Below, in pieces: positions 25,871 to 37,666 of a DNA stretch of 64,000 nucleotides. The DNA lies in assembly GCF_018350175.1 (NCBI RefSeq), contig NC_058373.1, forward strand, positions 103,046,001 to 103,110,000, written 5' to 3'. The DNA is from Felis catus (taxonomy: Eukaryota). The first letter of the stretch is position 1, and every line of letters starts with the position of its first letter. Position numbers and translations under genes: made by a program. The notes below the pieces were generated by a model. That model searched no databases. It was not told the origin of the DNA and saw only the letters and a list, made by a program, of their open reading frames with translations.

Positions 25871-27235
25871 TAAATACCATGCTGTACAGGTGCATGGTTA
25901 AAATTGGAATGAATGATTGGAAATATAGGTGAACTCTTGAAAGCCCCACAGAGTGACTTCTGTCACACTCTACAGCTAGTTGGAAGAGGAGTTGATTTAA
26001 AACTCTTAACTCCTAAAATTGAAGGAGAGAAAAGGAGAATTGGGGAGAGTGAGGGTGTGTGGTTAAGGCAGGCCAGGACTGAGGAGCAAAAGTAATAATG
26101 AGTGTTTGACCTGCAGGGAGAGCTGGGGATGTCTGACTTCAGGCAAAACTTCAAAGTTGGAATCTTCTTTTCCTTTAAGTCAGGCCTACTCAGAGAACAG
26201 ACTGGAATTGGCCATGACTCGTCCATGCTTCAAGTCCCCTGGAAGAGTACAGGCTGCAGGGGAAGGTGAGACGGGGATGGCTTCTCCTATTTCTAGGTTG
26301 TGGGAATCCCACCTGCTTAGATGGAAGCACCCCATCCAGCAAAGCTCACTTTGCTGTCTCTCACTTGATAAACTGATTCTAGAGAAGCAGGCGATAGATG
26401 CGGGGGTGGGGGCAAGGGGGAGACCCACAGACCCACCCAGGGTCTTCTGTTCACAATCTGCTAAGGGGATGTACAAAGCCTTAATGATAAGACAGGTATT
26501 ATTAATTGGCGCTCACTGAAAACTGTGGCTTTACACTTAAAAAGTTATTCAGTCCCTGTAGCTTTGACGTAATTAATCAAAGCAACTTGTATATGCTAAA
26601 ATCATGATTTAGAAAAGGAAAGCTCATTTTAGACCATGATTCCAAGGCCAGTCATCAATACAGTCACCTCAAGGAGTTTATCGGAGCCACCAATAAATTG
26701 TTCGCCTCGAGCATATGGTGTTGGGGTTTTGTCTAGACACAGCTTGAGTCTGTCCCAGAGACCTGCAGCCCTGGTGAATCCTCACTTGCAATCTCTCTGG
26801 TTTCATCTACTAAGAGTCGAGGTCACTCTGCAAGGCATGGCCTGTAAATTTCAAACTCCCAGCCTAAATGTGTGCGAAGCGGTATGTGTGTGTCTCCAGC
26901 CAGATTTCACTGTCACAGGAGGTGAGGGAATCAAAGGCAGGGGTTTGGTTTTTAAAAGGCCTGGGGAAATTTATGACTCAATTTAAAACCACTTGTAGTT
27001 TATCAAAAGGAAATGGAATCGCAGGCTCCAGGGTAGGAGCAGATTTTCTGTAAGAGAGAAAGAGCCTGTCCTTCTACCCAGTCTTCCATGACAGCAAAAT
27101 CTTTCCCCAAATCCCACAAGTCTGGCAGCAACACAGTCTCTTTTTGACATGACCAATGATTATACAGAATTCATAAATGTCAAGACTGCTTTTATAAACC
27201 TTGACTAATCGGAGAGGCCAAGAGCTTCTCGGGAC

Positions 27236-27572
27236 GGCTTATTTCACTTAGCATAGCACCCTCAAGTTCCATCCGTGTTGTGACAAATGGCAAGATATCC
27301 TTCTTTTTTGTTGCTGAATAATATTCCACTGATGTATATACCACATTTACTTTATCCATTCATCCATCAAGGGATAGAGGACATTTAGGTTGTTTCTGCC
27401 TCTTGGCTATTGTGAATAATACTGCAGTGAACATGGGTGCACAGATATCACGTGCAGATGCTGATTTTATTTCCTTCAGCTATCTACCCAGGAGTGGGAC
27501 TGCTGGATCATATGGTAGTTCTATTTTTAATTTTTTGAGGAACCTCCATACTGTCTGCCATAATGTCTATAC
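27236..27572 (-). mobile_element. L1 (L1MA/MB-type) fragment
   Basis: 'ggcttatttcacttagcata...ggctattgtgaataatactgcagtgaacatggg...tttttgaggaacctccatactg'. Confidence 0.92.
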
Positions 27573-27799
27573 CGAGGAGGTACGTCTTCTTTAACACTTC
27601 TGCAAGATGTGTTACCCATAGGATGGTACCTGAATGCAGGAAGAAAACCCAAGATTCATAAGCATCCTTCCTCCCTCATCTTAAGTGCCTCTTGTTCTCC
27701 AAAACTTCTCCCTGCCTCTTTTGTCTAAGGAGAGTTTACTCCATCAGTTAATCATAGCTACTTCAATGCACCATGCAAAGTCAAGGAGACAGATATACC

Positions 27800-27962
27800 A
27801 GGGATTCCTGATCCTGGCTGCAAATCACAATCACCCAGGCAACTGTTTTCAAAATACAGATTCCCAGGGCTCAGTCCCAGATATTCTAATTCAGTAAGTC
27901 TGGGATGGTGTTCCAGAGAGTATAATCTTACTGAGCATTCCAGATAATTTTGATGCACTGCC
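27800..27962. mobile_element. MER5-type hAT-Charlie fragment
   Basis: 'aatcacccaggcaactgttttcaaaatacagattcccaggg...attctaattcagtaagtctgggatgg...gataattttgatgcactgcc'. Confidence 0.75.
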
Positions 27963-28163
27963 AGAGGTAGAGTCCTTTCTTCTTTGCACCACTACCGTGG
28001 CTTCCCTGTAGAGCATTTATAAGACGTTTTAGAAGCTTGCTCGCATGCCTACCTCTGCCAAACCCTGGAGGGTAGGGACGGTCTTTTCTCTTAGCATCTT
28101 GTCTGTAGCCCAGTGTCTGAGTGCCTGATGCATAGCAGGTGCTCCTGAATTATTTTTTACATT

Positions 28164-28450
28164 ATTTTCTTTTTATTTATTTTTTTTACTGTTTATTTAT
28201 TTTTGAGAGAGAGAGACACACACACAGAGACAGAGACAGAGCGCAAGCTGGGGAAAGGCAGAGAGAGACTGGGGAAGGGCAGAGAGAGACTGGGGAAGGG
28301 CAGAGAGAGAGGGAGACACGGAATTCAAAGCAGGCTCCAGGCTCTGAGCTGTCAGCACAGAGCTAGATGTGGGGCTCAGACTCATGGACCATGAGATCAT
28401 GACCTGAGCCAAAGTCAGATGCTTAACTGACTGAGCCACCCAGGTGCCCC
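28164..28450 (-). mobile_element. CanSINE with internal 21-bp triplication
   Basis: TSD tattttttacatt (28151-28163 and 28451-28463). Confidence 0.96.
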
Positions 28451-29282
28451 TATTTTTTACATTGTTTAAACAAACAAATTCAGTGTGTAATTATTCAGCT
28501 CTACAGAGTGCTGCTGAGAACACTAGTACAAAGAAGTTTGTCTTATCTACTGAGCTAACTTAGAACTCAGGGACAGAATGTGCTGTAGAAGTGACCAATA
28601 AAGGATTTTAATGAACTTGGTAGTAAGTCCCCTTGATAGTCCTGAGGTTATTGAGCAAGACTTTTTTTTTTTAAGCAAAATAACATATATTCAAATAATT
28701 GTGCTGCCAGTTATCAATGGTGATCATAAAGTTTATTTGGAATAAGGCATGTTAAATGCTTAGTATGGTGCCAGCAACAAAATTATTTAACAATAAATGT
28801 TAGATGGTGATGCTAATGATATGACAACCATAACAATAAGAGAAAACCCTCTTATTAAAAGAAACTTAGGACATAGAGCAAAATATAAGGAAAAAACTCA
28901 CCCTTAATCTTGCCAGCAGAATCAATTACCTTACAGTATAATTTCTTTTAGTTTTTTTCACAGCATCTATAGTAACATGTACTTTTAAAATATATAAAGT
29001 ATATATTAATTAAAAGTATATGTTATATGTTTTTCAGTGGCCAGTAAACACATGAAAAGATGCTCAACATCACTAATCATTAAGGAAATCCAAATCTAAA
29101 TCACAATGAGATACCACCTCATACCCATTAGGATGGCTATTCTCAAAAAACCAGAAAATCACAAGTGTTGGTGAGGATGTTTTGAGGAATTCCTCAAAAA
29201 CTTAAAAATGATACAGCAATTCTATTTCTGGGTATATACCTAAAAGAATTGAAAGCTGGGTCTTCAAGAGATATTTGTATAC

Positions 29283-29687
29283 TGATATGGGCTGAGTTAT
29301 ATCTCCTCATATGTTGAAACTTTAACCCCCAATATCATGGTGTTTGGAAATGGGGCATTTGGGAGGTAATTAAGTATAGATGAGGTCATGAAGGAAGCCT
29401 CATAATGGTATTAGTATCCTTGTAAGAGACAATAGAGAGTTTGCTCTCTCTCTTTCTCTCCTCTCTTCCACACTCTCTCTCCCTCTCCCTCTCCCTCATC
29501 TCTCCCACGTGAGGACAGTGAGAAGGTGGCTGTGTACAATCCAGAAGAGCTCTCTTATTAGAACCTGACCATGCTGGCACCCTGATCTTGGACTTCTAGC
29601 ATCCAGAACTGTAAGAAAATAAATTTCTCTTATGCAAGCCACCCACTCTATGGTAGTTTGTTAAAGCAACCCCAGCTGACTGAGACA
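29283..29687 (+). mobile_element. MaLR solo LTR (MLT1A-like)
   Basis: tgatatgggctga...gaactgtaagaaaataaatttc...ccagctgactgagaca; TG...CA ends. Confidence 0.9.
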
Positions 29688-29771
29688 CAGCATAAGCAAC
29701 CCAAGTGTCCATTGACAGATGAAGGTGGTATGTACGTACAATAAAATATTGCTGAAAAGGAAGGATATTTT

Positions 29772-29991
29772 GGGACACCTGGGTGGCTCAGTCAGTTAAG
29801 CAGCTGCTGACTTTGGCTCAGGTCATGATCTCACCGTTCCTAAGTTCCAGCCCCGCGTTGGGCTCTGTGCTGACAGCTCAGAGCCTAGAGCCTGGTTTGG
29901 ATTCTGTGTTTCCCTCTCTCTCTGCCCCTCCCCCACCCGCACTCTGTCTCTGTCTCTCTCTCAAAAATAAATACACATTCAAAAAAGAAAA
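29772..29991 (+). mobile_element. CanSINE
   Basis: TSD aaaaggaaggatatt on both sides. Confidence 0.96.
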
Positions 29992-32900
29992 AAAAGGAAG
30001 GATATTCTGACATATGCTATTACATGGATAAACTTTGAGGACATCATGCTAGACGAAATAAGCCAGTCACAAAAAGCCAAATATTGTGTGATTTCATGCG
30101 TATGAGGTAGAGTAGTCAAAGTCATAGGGAGAGGAAACAAAATAGTGGCTTCCAGGGGCTGACAGGGGAGGGAATGGGAAGTTATTGTTCAATGCATGCA
30201 GAGTTTCAGTTTTGCAAGATGAAAAGAGTTCTGGAGATACATGGTGGTAACGGGTACACAGCATTGGATGTAGTTAATACCACTCAACTGCTCACTTCAA
30301 AGTAGTTAAGATAGTAAATTTTATGTCATGTGTATTGTACCACAATCAAAAAAATTAAAAAGGTATATATGTTTTAAAATATTTTAAGATTCTCTTTTAA
30401 ACATATTACATATTTTCAACATATAAGTAATATGTTGCATGTTCTTATATATAGTCTTCTGTCACACATAATATAAATAAAAATATATGTTTAGAAATCA
30501 GTATATCCAGCTTCTCATGCCCCTCCCCATTTTACCAGCTTCATTGGCCGTGGCTCGCCTTCCTCTGTGTGGAGAACCCTGCCCAACACTCTGCACAGGG
30601 CAGCCTGGGGTGAGAAGTCCAAACTGTTTTCACAGTGATGAGAATTGGTGTGACCAGGAGTTTGAGCAGTCTGGTCCTGTCGCGGGGCTCTGCTGGGCTG
30701 TGGGTCACTGTATTGCCAACGAGGGGAGCTTTTATCCCCTCAAGCTGTGACCACGTTCATTGCTGGCCCTCCCTTCTGCTGCCATTCGGAGAAATGACAT
30801 GTGGCCGTGTCCTTGTTGCCACACGTTAAGCCTCATCTCACAATGGGCACTTGGTCTGGCACTGTCCTGGGCATTTGAAAGTGACATTGCCATTTCCTAC
30901 AAGCTGAGACCCATGAATCATTTCCAGCCAAAGGTAAAAATTTACATTTCAATGATCAGCAAGTTTTAGTACATTTAAGAAACTGGCTGGAGATGCTCAG
31001 CCCCCACACATAGGTTTTGTTAATGAATCTGGCAGAGAGGCGCTGCATTCCTAGGCTAAGTATTAGAACAAAAAGGACCTGTTTTCCTATGTAATGAATT
31101 GCTGAGAAATTATTCCAAATGTGGCTTAAAAAGCCTCTTGCCAGAGAGCTCAATTCTCTGAGTCATGAATTAGATAATGGGCTTTTATAAACCCACAGAG
31201 GGAAACCCTCTGAGGATTTATGTGGGTGAGGAGAGAATGTCTGTCCAGAGTTGCCACCTTCTCCCCAGTGCTCATGCACAATGCAGAGGCTCCAGGACCT
31301 TGCTCACAGATGCCAAGGCCAACTGCACCACGGGCAAGGGTGGAGTCTGCCGTGCTCACCCTGAGCGCTTGCCCAGGCTTGTGGCTGCAGATCTCAGCAG
31401 AATGCAGCAGAGGGCTGACCCGGGCCTGCCTCCAGGGGAAGAATGGTTAGGAGGATAGGGGAGGCCTCCTCCTCAGCACCATCACTTTCCCAAAGATGGC
31501 GGTCCACGTCCCAACTCCCAACCCTACTTCAGATGAGAAGACCTGAGCCTCCCATGAAATAAGGCTTACAGCTCCTAAGTGTGTATGGAGGGAGTGTTTG
31601 GAGATGAGTCCGTATAAACGAAGATTCTCACACAATAGGAGCAGAGTCCCTTTCACAAATAGAGCTCCAAGAATGAAAGAGGTAGTGACCAATGAAGAAG
31701 ATGTCAGACTGTGATGATAGAGTTCGTGATGTCTTCTCACCAAGCTTTCCCTAAAGTCAAGGACACTCGTGGGTACACAGAGCTATTCAATACATTTTTT
31801 CTTTTTTTGCCCCCACCTAAATGTTCTCTGGTACAAGGGCTACAAACTCCATTTCTATCCCTACAGGGAACCTTGCGTTGTTTAACTCTGATTACTTACT
31901 CCTCAAGCGAGCTGCCTGTCTTGACCCGAGTATAGCTCAGATTTGACTATGCCTGTGCCCACTGCCCACTCTGACTGTGTGTGCCCTTGGACCACCAGCT
32001 TGGAGGTCTGGCCTGACTCCCAATAATCACTTGGGCATGAGAACAACCTGGATTTGACAGCTGTCAGCCCAATGATGGCCAAGATAATCTGGCAACACCT
32101 ACATTTTTTGATTCCCAAGAGGTTCCAAAAACTATTTTGCAATCTCATATGACTAGTGGTCACAGAAGCCACAAAAGGATTTCCTCTATAACCTAAGTTT
32201 ACATGCCTTTTGAGAGGGAAAGAAGCAAATAAGGAGCAAGAGGCTTTTCCTTACATTGGAGCCAGAAAGATACAATGGGTGAGAATGCCCTGAAGTATTA
32301 TACCAGACCAGAGCAGTATACAGATTTAAAAAGGACAAAAATCCCTTCCTAGATAGTACTGGGTCTGCAGTTGTCATTACTCTGGGGGTGAAAACTCCAT
32401 GTTTCTAATTCTAATAGCTCTTACTGTTATCTTTCCAATAACTCCAGAGTTCAGTAAGTATAGACCTAGGCACTCACATCAGCGGGAGCTAGAAGGGCAG
32501 ATTGATATTAACAAGAATTTTGGTGGCTCCTGGAGGTGTAGGCGGAAGCTGGTTGGCTTGTTTAGTTAGAGCGCTGAAGCAAACAGACCAAGTTCACATA
32601 ACCAAATGGCCCAACCAGCATTCTTCCCATTTGTGGCCATGCTTGTCACCCCTACCCCCCATTTGATGCATGGTCTCATTGGTAGATGAGTGTGTGTTTA
32701 TGTCATCCCCCCTTTAATTCAATAAGTCTGTATTGAATACAATGCCTAGCATTGTAGTAGGTACTTCAAGCTATAAAAATAAGTGTAAGTTTATAAACTA
32801 GTTGCGAATTGCCTCATATTTGTCTTCTTCCTCTTCATTGTAAGGCTCTGGCAGCTGATAACTTTAACCGGAAAACTCAGCTCCAGATTTCTCAGCCCTT

Positions 32901-33129
32901 ATGACTCAAGTCACAAGGTGTAAGCACTTACACACCCTCCAGTCATTATAATCTGGGATTCACCTGGCAACAGCATACCCCAGGTCAAAGCCACCACCCC
33001 CCCAGTCTCCATAATTGTGCTATTATTGCATTTGTTTCTTGATTTATACCTGAGGTTCCCTGCTGGGTGTGAAGTTTTTTGTTTTTTAATGTTAAACCAC
33101 TTATTTGAGGTTTGATGAGTTCACCTATT

Positions 33130-33351
33130 CTTTTTTTTTTTTTCTTCTTTAAGGTTTATTTATTTTTGAGAGAGAGAGAGCCAGCATGAGCAGGGGAGGA
33201 GCAGAGAGAGAGGGAGACAGACTCCGAAGCAGGCTCCAGTCTCTGAGCTGTCAACACAGAGCCCGATGCGGGGTTCAAACTCACAAACCATGAGATCATG
33301 ACCTGAGCCGAAGTTGGACGCTTAACCGACTTGAGCCACCCTAGGCGCCCC
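33130..33351 (-). mobile_element. CanSINE
   Basis: TSD agttcacctatt. Confidence 0.96.
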
Positions 33352-33801
33352 AAGTTCACCTATTTTTGAGAGAACATCGATCTCTCAGGACCCACCATTG
33401 CTGTGTGAAGCCCTGTCCCACACTTGGTACTTGGACAGGGTCACCCCTTGACTTGCATGCTATTTGTTGTTTTATGCTGCTTACCACATCAGGAACACAT
33501 GACTGTTGATGCCTTTGGTCAAGGCTGAGGGCCCCATTTCCATTTGGATGATTGGCCAACAGTCCTTGGTCCACCCCTGCTTCTACCATGTCTTTGCCTC
33601 CTCTACCTGCCTGGCTCACGCTGAGGTCCCTGTATCAACTGGAGCTGAAACTCCAGAGATAGGAAAATCTGTGAGAGACAACCTCTACCAGATGGTAGTT
33701 GTCAGTACTCTTCCTTTCACACAGCCTCAAACTTCTCAGTCACGCACCTATAGGGTGAAAAGCCAGAAGTCTGGAAGACACGTTAGAGGGTGAGAAACCT
33801 G

Positions 33802-33844
33802 TATATATACATATATATGTATATATATATGTCATATATATATA

Positions 33845-33904
<60 letters not shown>
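33802..33904. repeat. Compound (TA)n/(TG)n microsatellite
   Basis: Directly visible. Confidence 0.97.
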
Positions 33905-33907
<3 letters not shown>

Positions 33908-34049
33908 GTTTTAGCTGTACTACAGGTTAGTGGTAAAGCATAGTCAGCTGTAAAATATAGTAAGATGAAAAAGGTGAGACCAACAGCATCCAAAGATGTT
34001 GAAAGTAACACATTATTTGTCCTTCTTATTCTTAAAGTGGTTGAATTGC

Positions 34050-34530
34050 CCTGTAGTAGGTATCTGTTGTCTTTTCTTTCTTTCAAAGTATGCTCTTTTC
34101 TGGTGATAAAATCCCTCTCCTTTTTTTCATTCTCTTCTAACGCTCTGCCCATGCAGTACCCTGGGCTACAAGGGCGCCTGGGGGCCTTACTAATCAGAAC
34201 ACTTTGTCCCCAGCTGTGGATTCATTCACAGGTGAGCACATGTCCTAAGCCAGGAAAGTCAGAGGCAGCCCATTTTGGGATAATAATGCTAACATTAAAG
34301 ACTGCTAACTATTTGTCCACCATACAGAGAAATCCTGCCACCACAGGGAGAGCAGGCCTTAAAATGTAAAGAAACAGATTTCTGATGACACCACTTGGCT
34401 CAGCCATGCCAGAAGCCTACAGGTCTAGGTCCCATGAACTACTTAGTGGCATGAACAAAGAAATGATGTTTGGTTAAGTTAGCGTGTATGAAATTTCTCT
34501 CATTTTAAATCAAAACATTCCTGACAAGTA
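34050..34530 (+). mobile_element. Old MaLR LTR (MLT1J/K-like)
   Basis: 'gagcacatgtcctaagccagg...ctgatgacaccacttggctcagccatgccagaagcc...aaacattcctgacaagta'. Confidence 0.55.
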
Positions 34531-34700
34531 TCCACCTTACCTTTAGGATGATGAGGATTTAGCCTGGACCCAGTGAAAATTACGAGGAAGGCAAGTCATG
34601 AGTATCCATATATCCAGTAAACGGAGAACACACTTGTAGTAAGTAACACATAAGGCAGTTTCACAGCAACTAATGGGGTCTAGCTTTAAAAGTATTTCTT

Positions 34701-34891
34701 GGGGCTCCTGGGTGGCTCAGTTGGTTAAGCGTCCAACTCCTGATTTCACCTCAGGTCATGATCTCATGGCCATGAGATCAAGCCCTGGATTGGGCTCCAG
34801 ACTGAACACTGGGTGTGGAGCCTGCTTAAGATTCTCTTTCTCTCTCTGCCCCTCCCCCACTTGCATGTGTGTACTCTCTCTCTCAAATTAG
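34701..34891 (+). mobile_element. CanSINE (older)
   Basis: TSD aaaagtatttctt. Confidence 0.95.
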
Positions 34892-34993
34892 AAAAGTATT
34901 TCTTCTTTTTCATAGGAAATTTGACAGTTGAAAATAAAAGATTTATTTTAATGTAGAGGCCTGGATAGTTATGACGTGAAAACCACAGTTTTC

Positions 34994-35242
34994 ATTTTAT
35001 TTTTCTTATGTTTATTTATTTTTAATGTTTATTTATTCTTTGAGAGAGAGAGAAAGAGAGAGAGAGAGAGACAGAGCATGAGTGGGGGAGGGGCAGAGAG
35101 AGAGGGAGACACAGAATTGGAAGCAGGCTCCAGGCTCTGAGCTGTCAGCACAGAGCCTGACATGGGGCTCGAACTCACAGACCGCAAGATCATGACCTGA
35201 TCCAAAGTCGGACGCTTAACCAACTGAACCACCCAGGCACCC
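34994..35242 (-). mobile_element. CanSINE
   Basis: TSD aaaac(c/a)acagttttca. Confidence 0.96.
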
Positions 35243-35729
35243 AGAAAACAACAGTTTTCAAACATGCTGGCTAAAGTCACTGGAAATCGCCGCATGACTG
35301 AGAAAACTTGAGGGAAGCCCAAAAGTTTTTCAAGCATTTGAAACTAGAGTGGAATGAATCAAATGACAAATCTCTCTGCCCTTCCACTTTGTCATGAAAA
35401 TACTAAGGGCTAAACCTAATCATGAAAATGAACATGTCACGATACATAATTTATATTAGGGATGGAATAATTTGCAGGCACAATGAACTGATTCCATAGA
35501 ACAGACAAAGCTGCAGTAACAGTGGCTCGAGCAGGACAGGAGCTTATGTCTGTCTCAAATGAAAGAAGCCTAAAAGCAAAGAGACCAGAGCTGCTCTGGG
35601 GGGCTGACTGGCTGCCTGATGGCTGAGAGAAAGAAGTATCGAAGAGTTTGTAGAGACTCAGGGCCAAGATGTCCCAACAGGTTCAGGCTTTGTTGTACCT
35701 GGGTATGACCTATGTAGCAAAAATGGGTT

Positions 35730-35808
35730 TATTAAGGTGAACCTAAAAAATTGCCATTATTTGGCCATTTTGCCCGTAAACTGGCAATTTTATATAGTTC
35801 AATCAAAT
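35730..35808. mobile_element. MADE2-like mariner MITE (about 80 bp)
   Basis: Imperfect palindrome 'tattaaggtgaacc...aaattgcc...ggcaattttatatagttcaatcaaat' of MADE2 size and wording. Confidence 0.75.
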
Positions 35809-35810
35809 GT

Positions 35811-35811
35811 A

Positions 35812-35842
<31 letters not shown>

Positions 35843-35858
35843 CAAAACAAAACAAAAC
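35811..35858. repeat. (AAAAC)n pentanucleotide repeat
   Basis: Directly visible. Confidence 0.95.
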
Positions 35859-36243
35859 GAGAGAGAGAAAGCCAAAATGACATAGCCAGGATCCAAAATA
35901 AGACAAACATAGTTTAAGGCCAGATTTGGAAAAGAATCACAAAGTAGTAAAAGGAGCTGAAGCCACTGGCCTGTCAGGGGTCTGGGACTCAGATGACGTC
36001 ACATACAGGAGCCTGGCTTTTGTGGGGTAATGAGGAGTCAGAGAGCTCATGCATGATACTTAAAGCTGAAAGGAGTCTGGAAAAGCTGCTTTGGACTGCT
36101 GCTTGGGGCAATGGCTCTTGATAAGGGATAGGTCTGGGAAGAGAGGAAGACCCAAAGACAATCTCCCAAACACTAACATAGGTATACATTTTAAAAATTC
36201 AAGAGTGTCCACCAAAAAAAAAAAAAAAAAAAATAGAAGGAAT

Positions 36244-36790
36244 AATGCTTGTATCCTGCTGTAGTGTAAGCTTCTACAACAATTTTGAAAAGCAGGTTGA
36301 CAGTACCTCATAAAGTTGAAACTAAACAAACTCCACAACTCAGCAATTCCACCTCTTGATGTAGAACACAGGGAAACTCTCAAAAACATAAGCTGGGGGT
36401 GTTGCAGGAATGTTCATTGCCATGTTGTTTATAATATGGGAAGTGAGGAGCAACCTAAATGTCTATCAAAGAAGAATGGTTAAGCAAATGTGGGTTTATT
36501 CATACAATGAAATATTATACAGCAAAGAAAAATGAATGCATGCGACTAGAATCACATGTATAAACTGTACACATCTCAAAAAAAAGGGATGAATACAAAA
36601 ACAAGTTGCAGACGGGGTGCCTGGGTGGCTCAGTCAGTTAAGCATCCAACTCTAGATTGCAGCTCAGGTCATGATCTCATGGTTTGTGCAATTGAGCATC
36701 TGTTGGGCTCTGCACTGCAAGTGTCCATTTTATTCTTTCTTATACTCTTCTGTATGTTTGAAATATTTCATAATTTAAATAATTTAAAAA
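36244..36790 (+). mobile_element. Old L1 (L1ME-type) 3' fragments
   Basis: 'actcagcaattccacctct...ggaatgttcattgc...gcaacctaaatgtctatca' and terminal 'ctgtatgtttgaaatatttcataat'. Confidence 0.8.
36613..36717 (+). mobile_element. CanSINE 5' half only
   Basis: Head present; stops at 'gggctctgcactg'. Confidence 0.9.
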
Positions 36791-36899
36791 AATTTTTTTA
36801 ATTTATTTTGGTGGGGAGGGGGGAGAGCATGTGCACATGGGGATGGGGCAGAGAGAAAGGGAGAGAGAATCCCAAGCAGGCTCCATACTGTCAGTACAG
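36790..36899 (-). mobile_element. CanSINE 3' half only
   Basis: Tail and linker present; stops at 'ctccatactgtcagtacag'. Confidence 0.88.
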
Positions 36900-37446
36900 T
36901 ATGTCAGCGGAACTGCTGAGACTTCCCTCCTCAGCCAGAGCCCGTCAAATGCCCTCAATGCTTTCTTGTAAGGGGATTTTTTTTTTCCTTACGCTCTTTC
37001 TCTTACCTGTAGGAAATCAGCTTTTGTTTGTTAGCAAAAACGCTGCTTGCTCTAGGATTGGAAGCTTGGCAAAGTCCTCAGCTCACAGGACAGAACCCCC
37101 CGGCAGTCGCAAACGTGGGAGCTTGGGGAGAGCAACTAGGTGGGCCTGACATTGGACTGTGCTGTCTCTGTGAGGTGCTTGGGTTTGCAGTGCCACCTCC
37201 CAGGATGGGACAAAGCCCAGAAAAAAAAAAAATCCCTGCTGTGGCAGAGGATTCGGTAGCCCGAACTGATTGATGAAAGTCAGAGACATGACTTTCTTCC
37301 CCTGGTTCACCTATTGATATAAATTGTGAGCCTCCTCTTTGTCTTGCTTGGAAATAGGATTTTTACTGTTTTCCTACACATGATTTTTACACCTACAAGT
37401 GAATACAGTGAAATAATCAGTTATTTTTTAAATTGCCAGTTATTAA

Positions 37447-37666
37447 GGGGCTCCTGGGTGGCTCAGTCGGTAAGCGTCTGACTTCAGTTCAGGTCATGAT
37501 CTCATGGTTGGTGAGTTCGAACCCCGCATCGGGCTCTGTGCTGACTGCTCAGAGCCTGGAGCCTGCTTTAGATTCGGTGTCTCCCTCTGTCTCTGCTCTT
37601 CCCCTGCTCACACTCTGTCTCTCTCTCTCTCAAAAATAAACATTAAAATTTTTTTTTAAAAATTTT
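37447..37666 (+). mobile_element. CanSINE
   Basis: TSD aaattgccagttattaa. Confidence 0.96.

Larger units (their letters stand above)
29032..30362 (+). mobile_element. Old L1 (L1MB-type) 3' region, hosting an LTR and a SINE
   Basis: 'aaacacatgaaaagatgctcaacatcactaatcatt...aatgagataccacctcatacccattaggatggct'; 3' end 'gtaaattttatgtcatgtgtattgtaccacaatcaaaaaaa'. Confidence 0.92.

Noticed and set aside
28248..28310. Short direct repeats as a CRISPR-like array (also 44359-44450 and 48538-48594)
   Set aside because: Only 2-3 units, no unique regular spacers, eukaryotic context, no cas genes
36718..36899. Simple inversion as the explanation for the split SINE
   Set aside because: The intervening L1 3' end is co-oriented with the upstream L1, and no TSD follows the SINE tail
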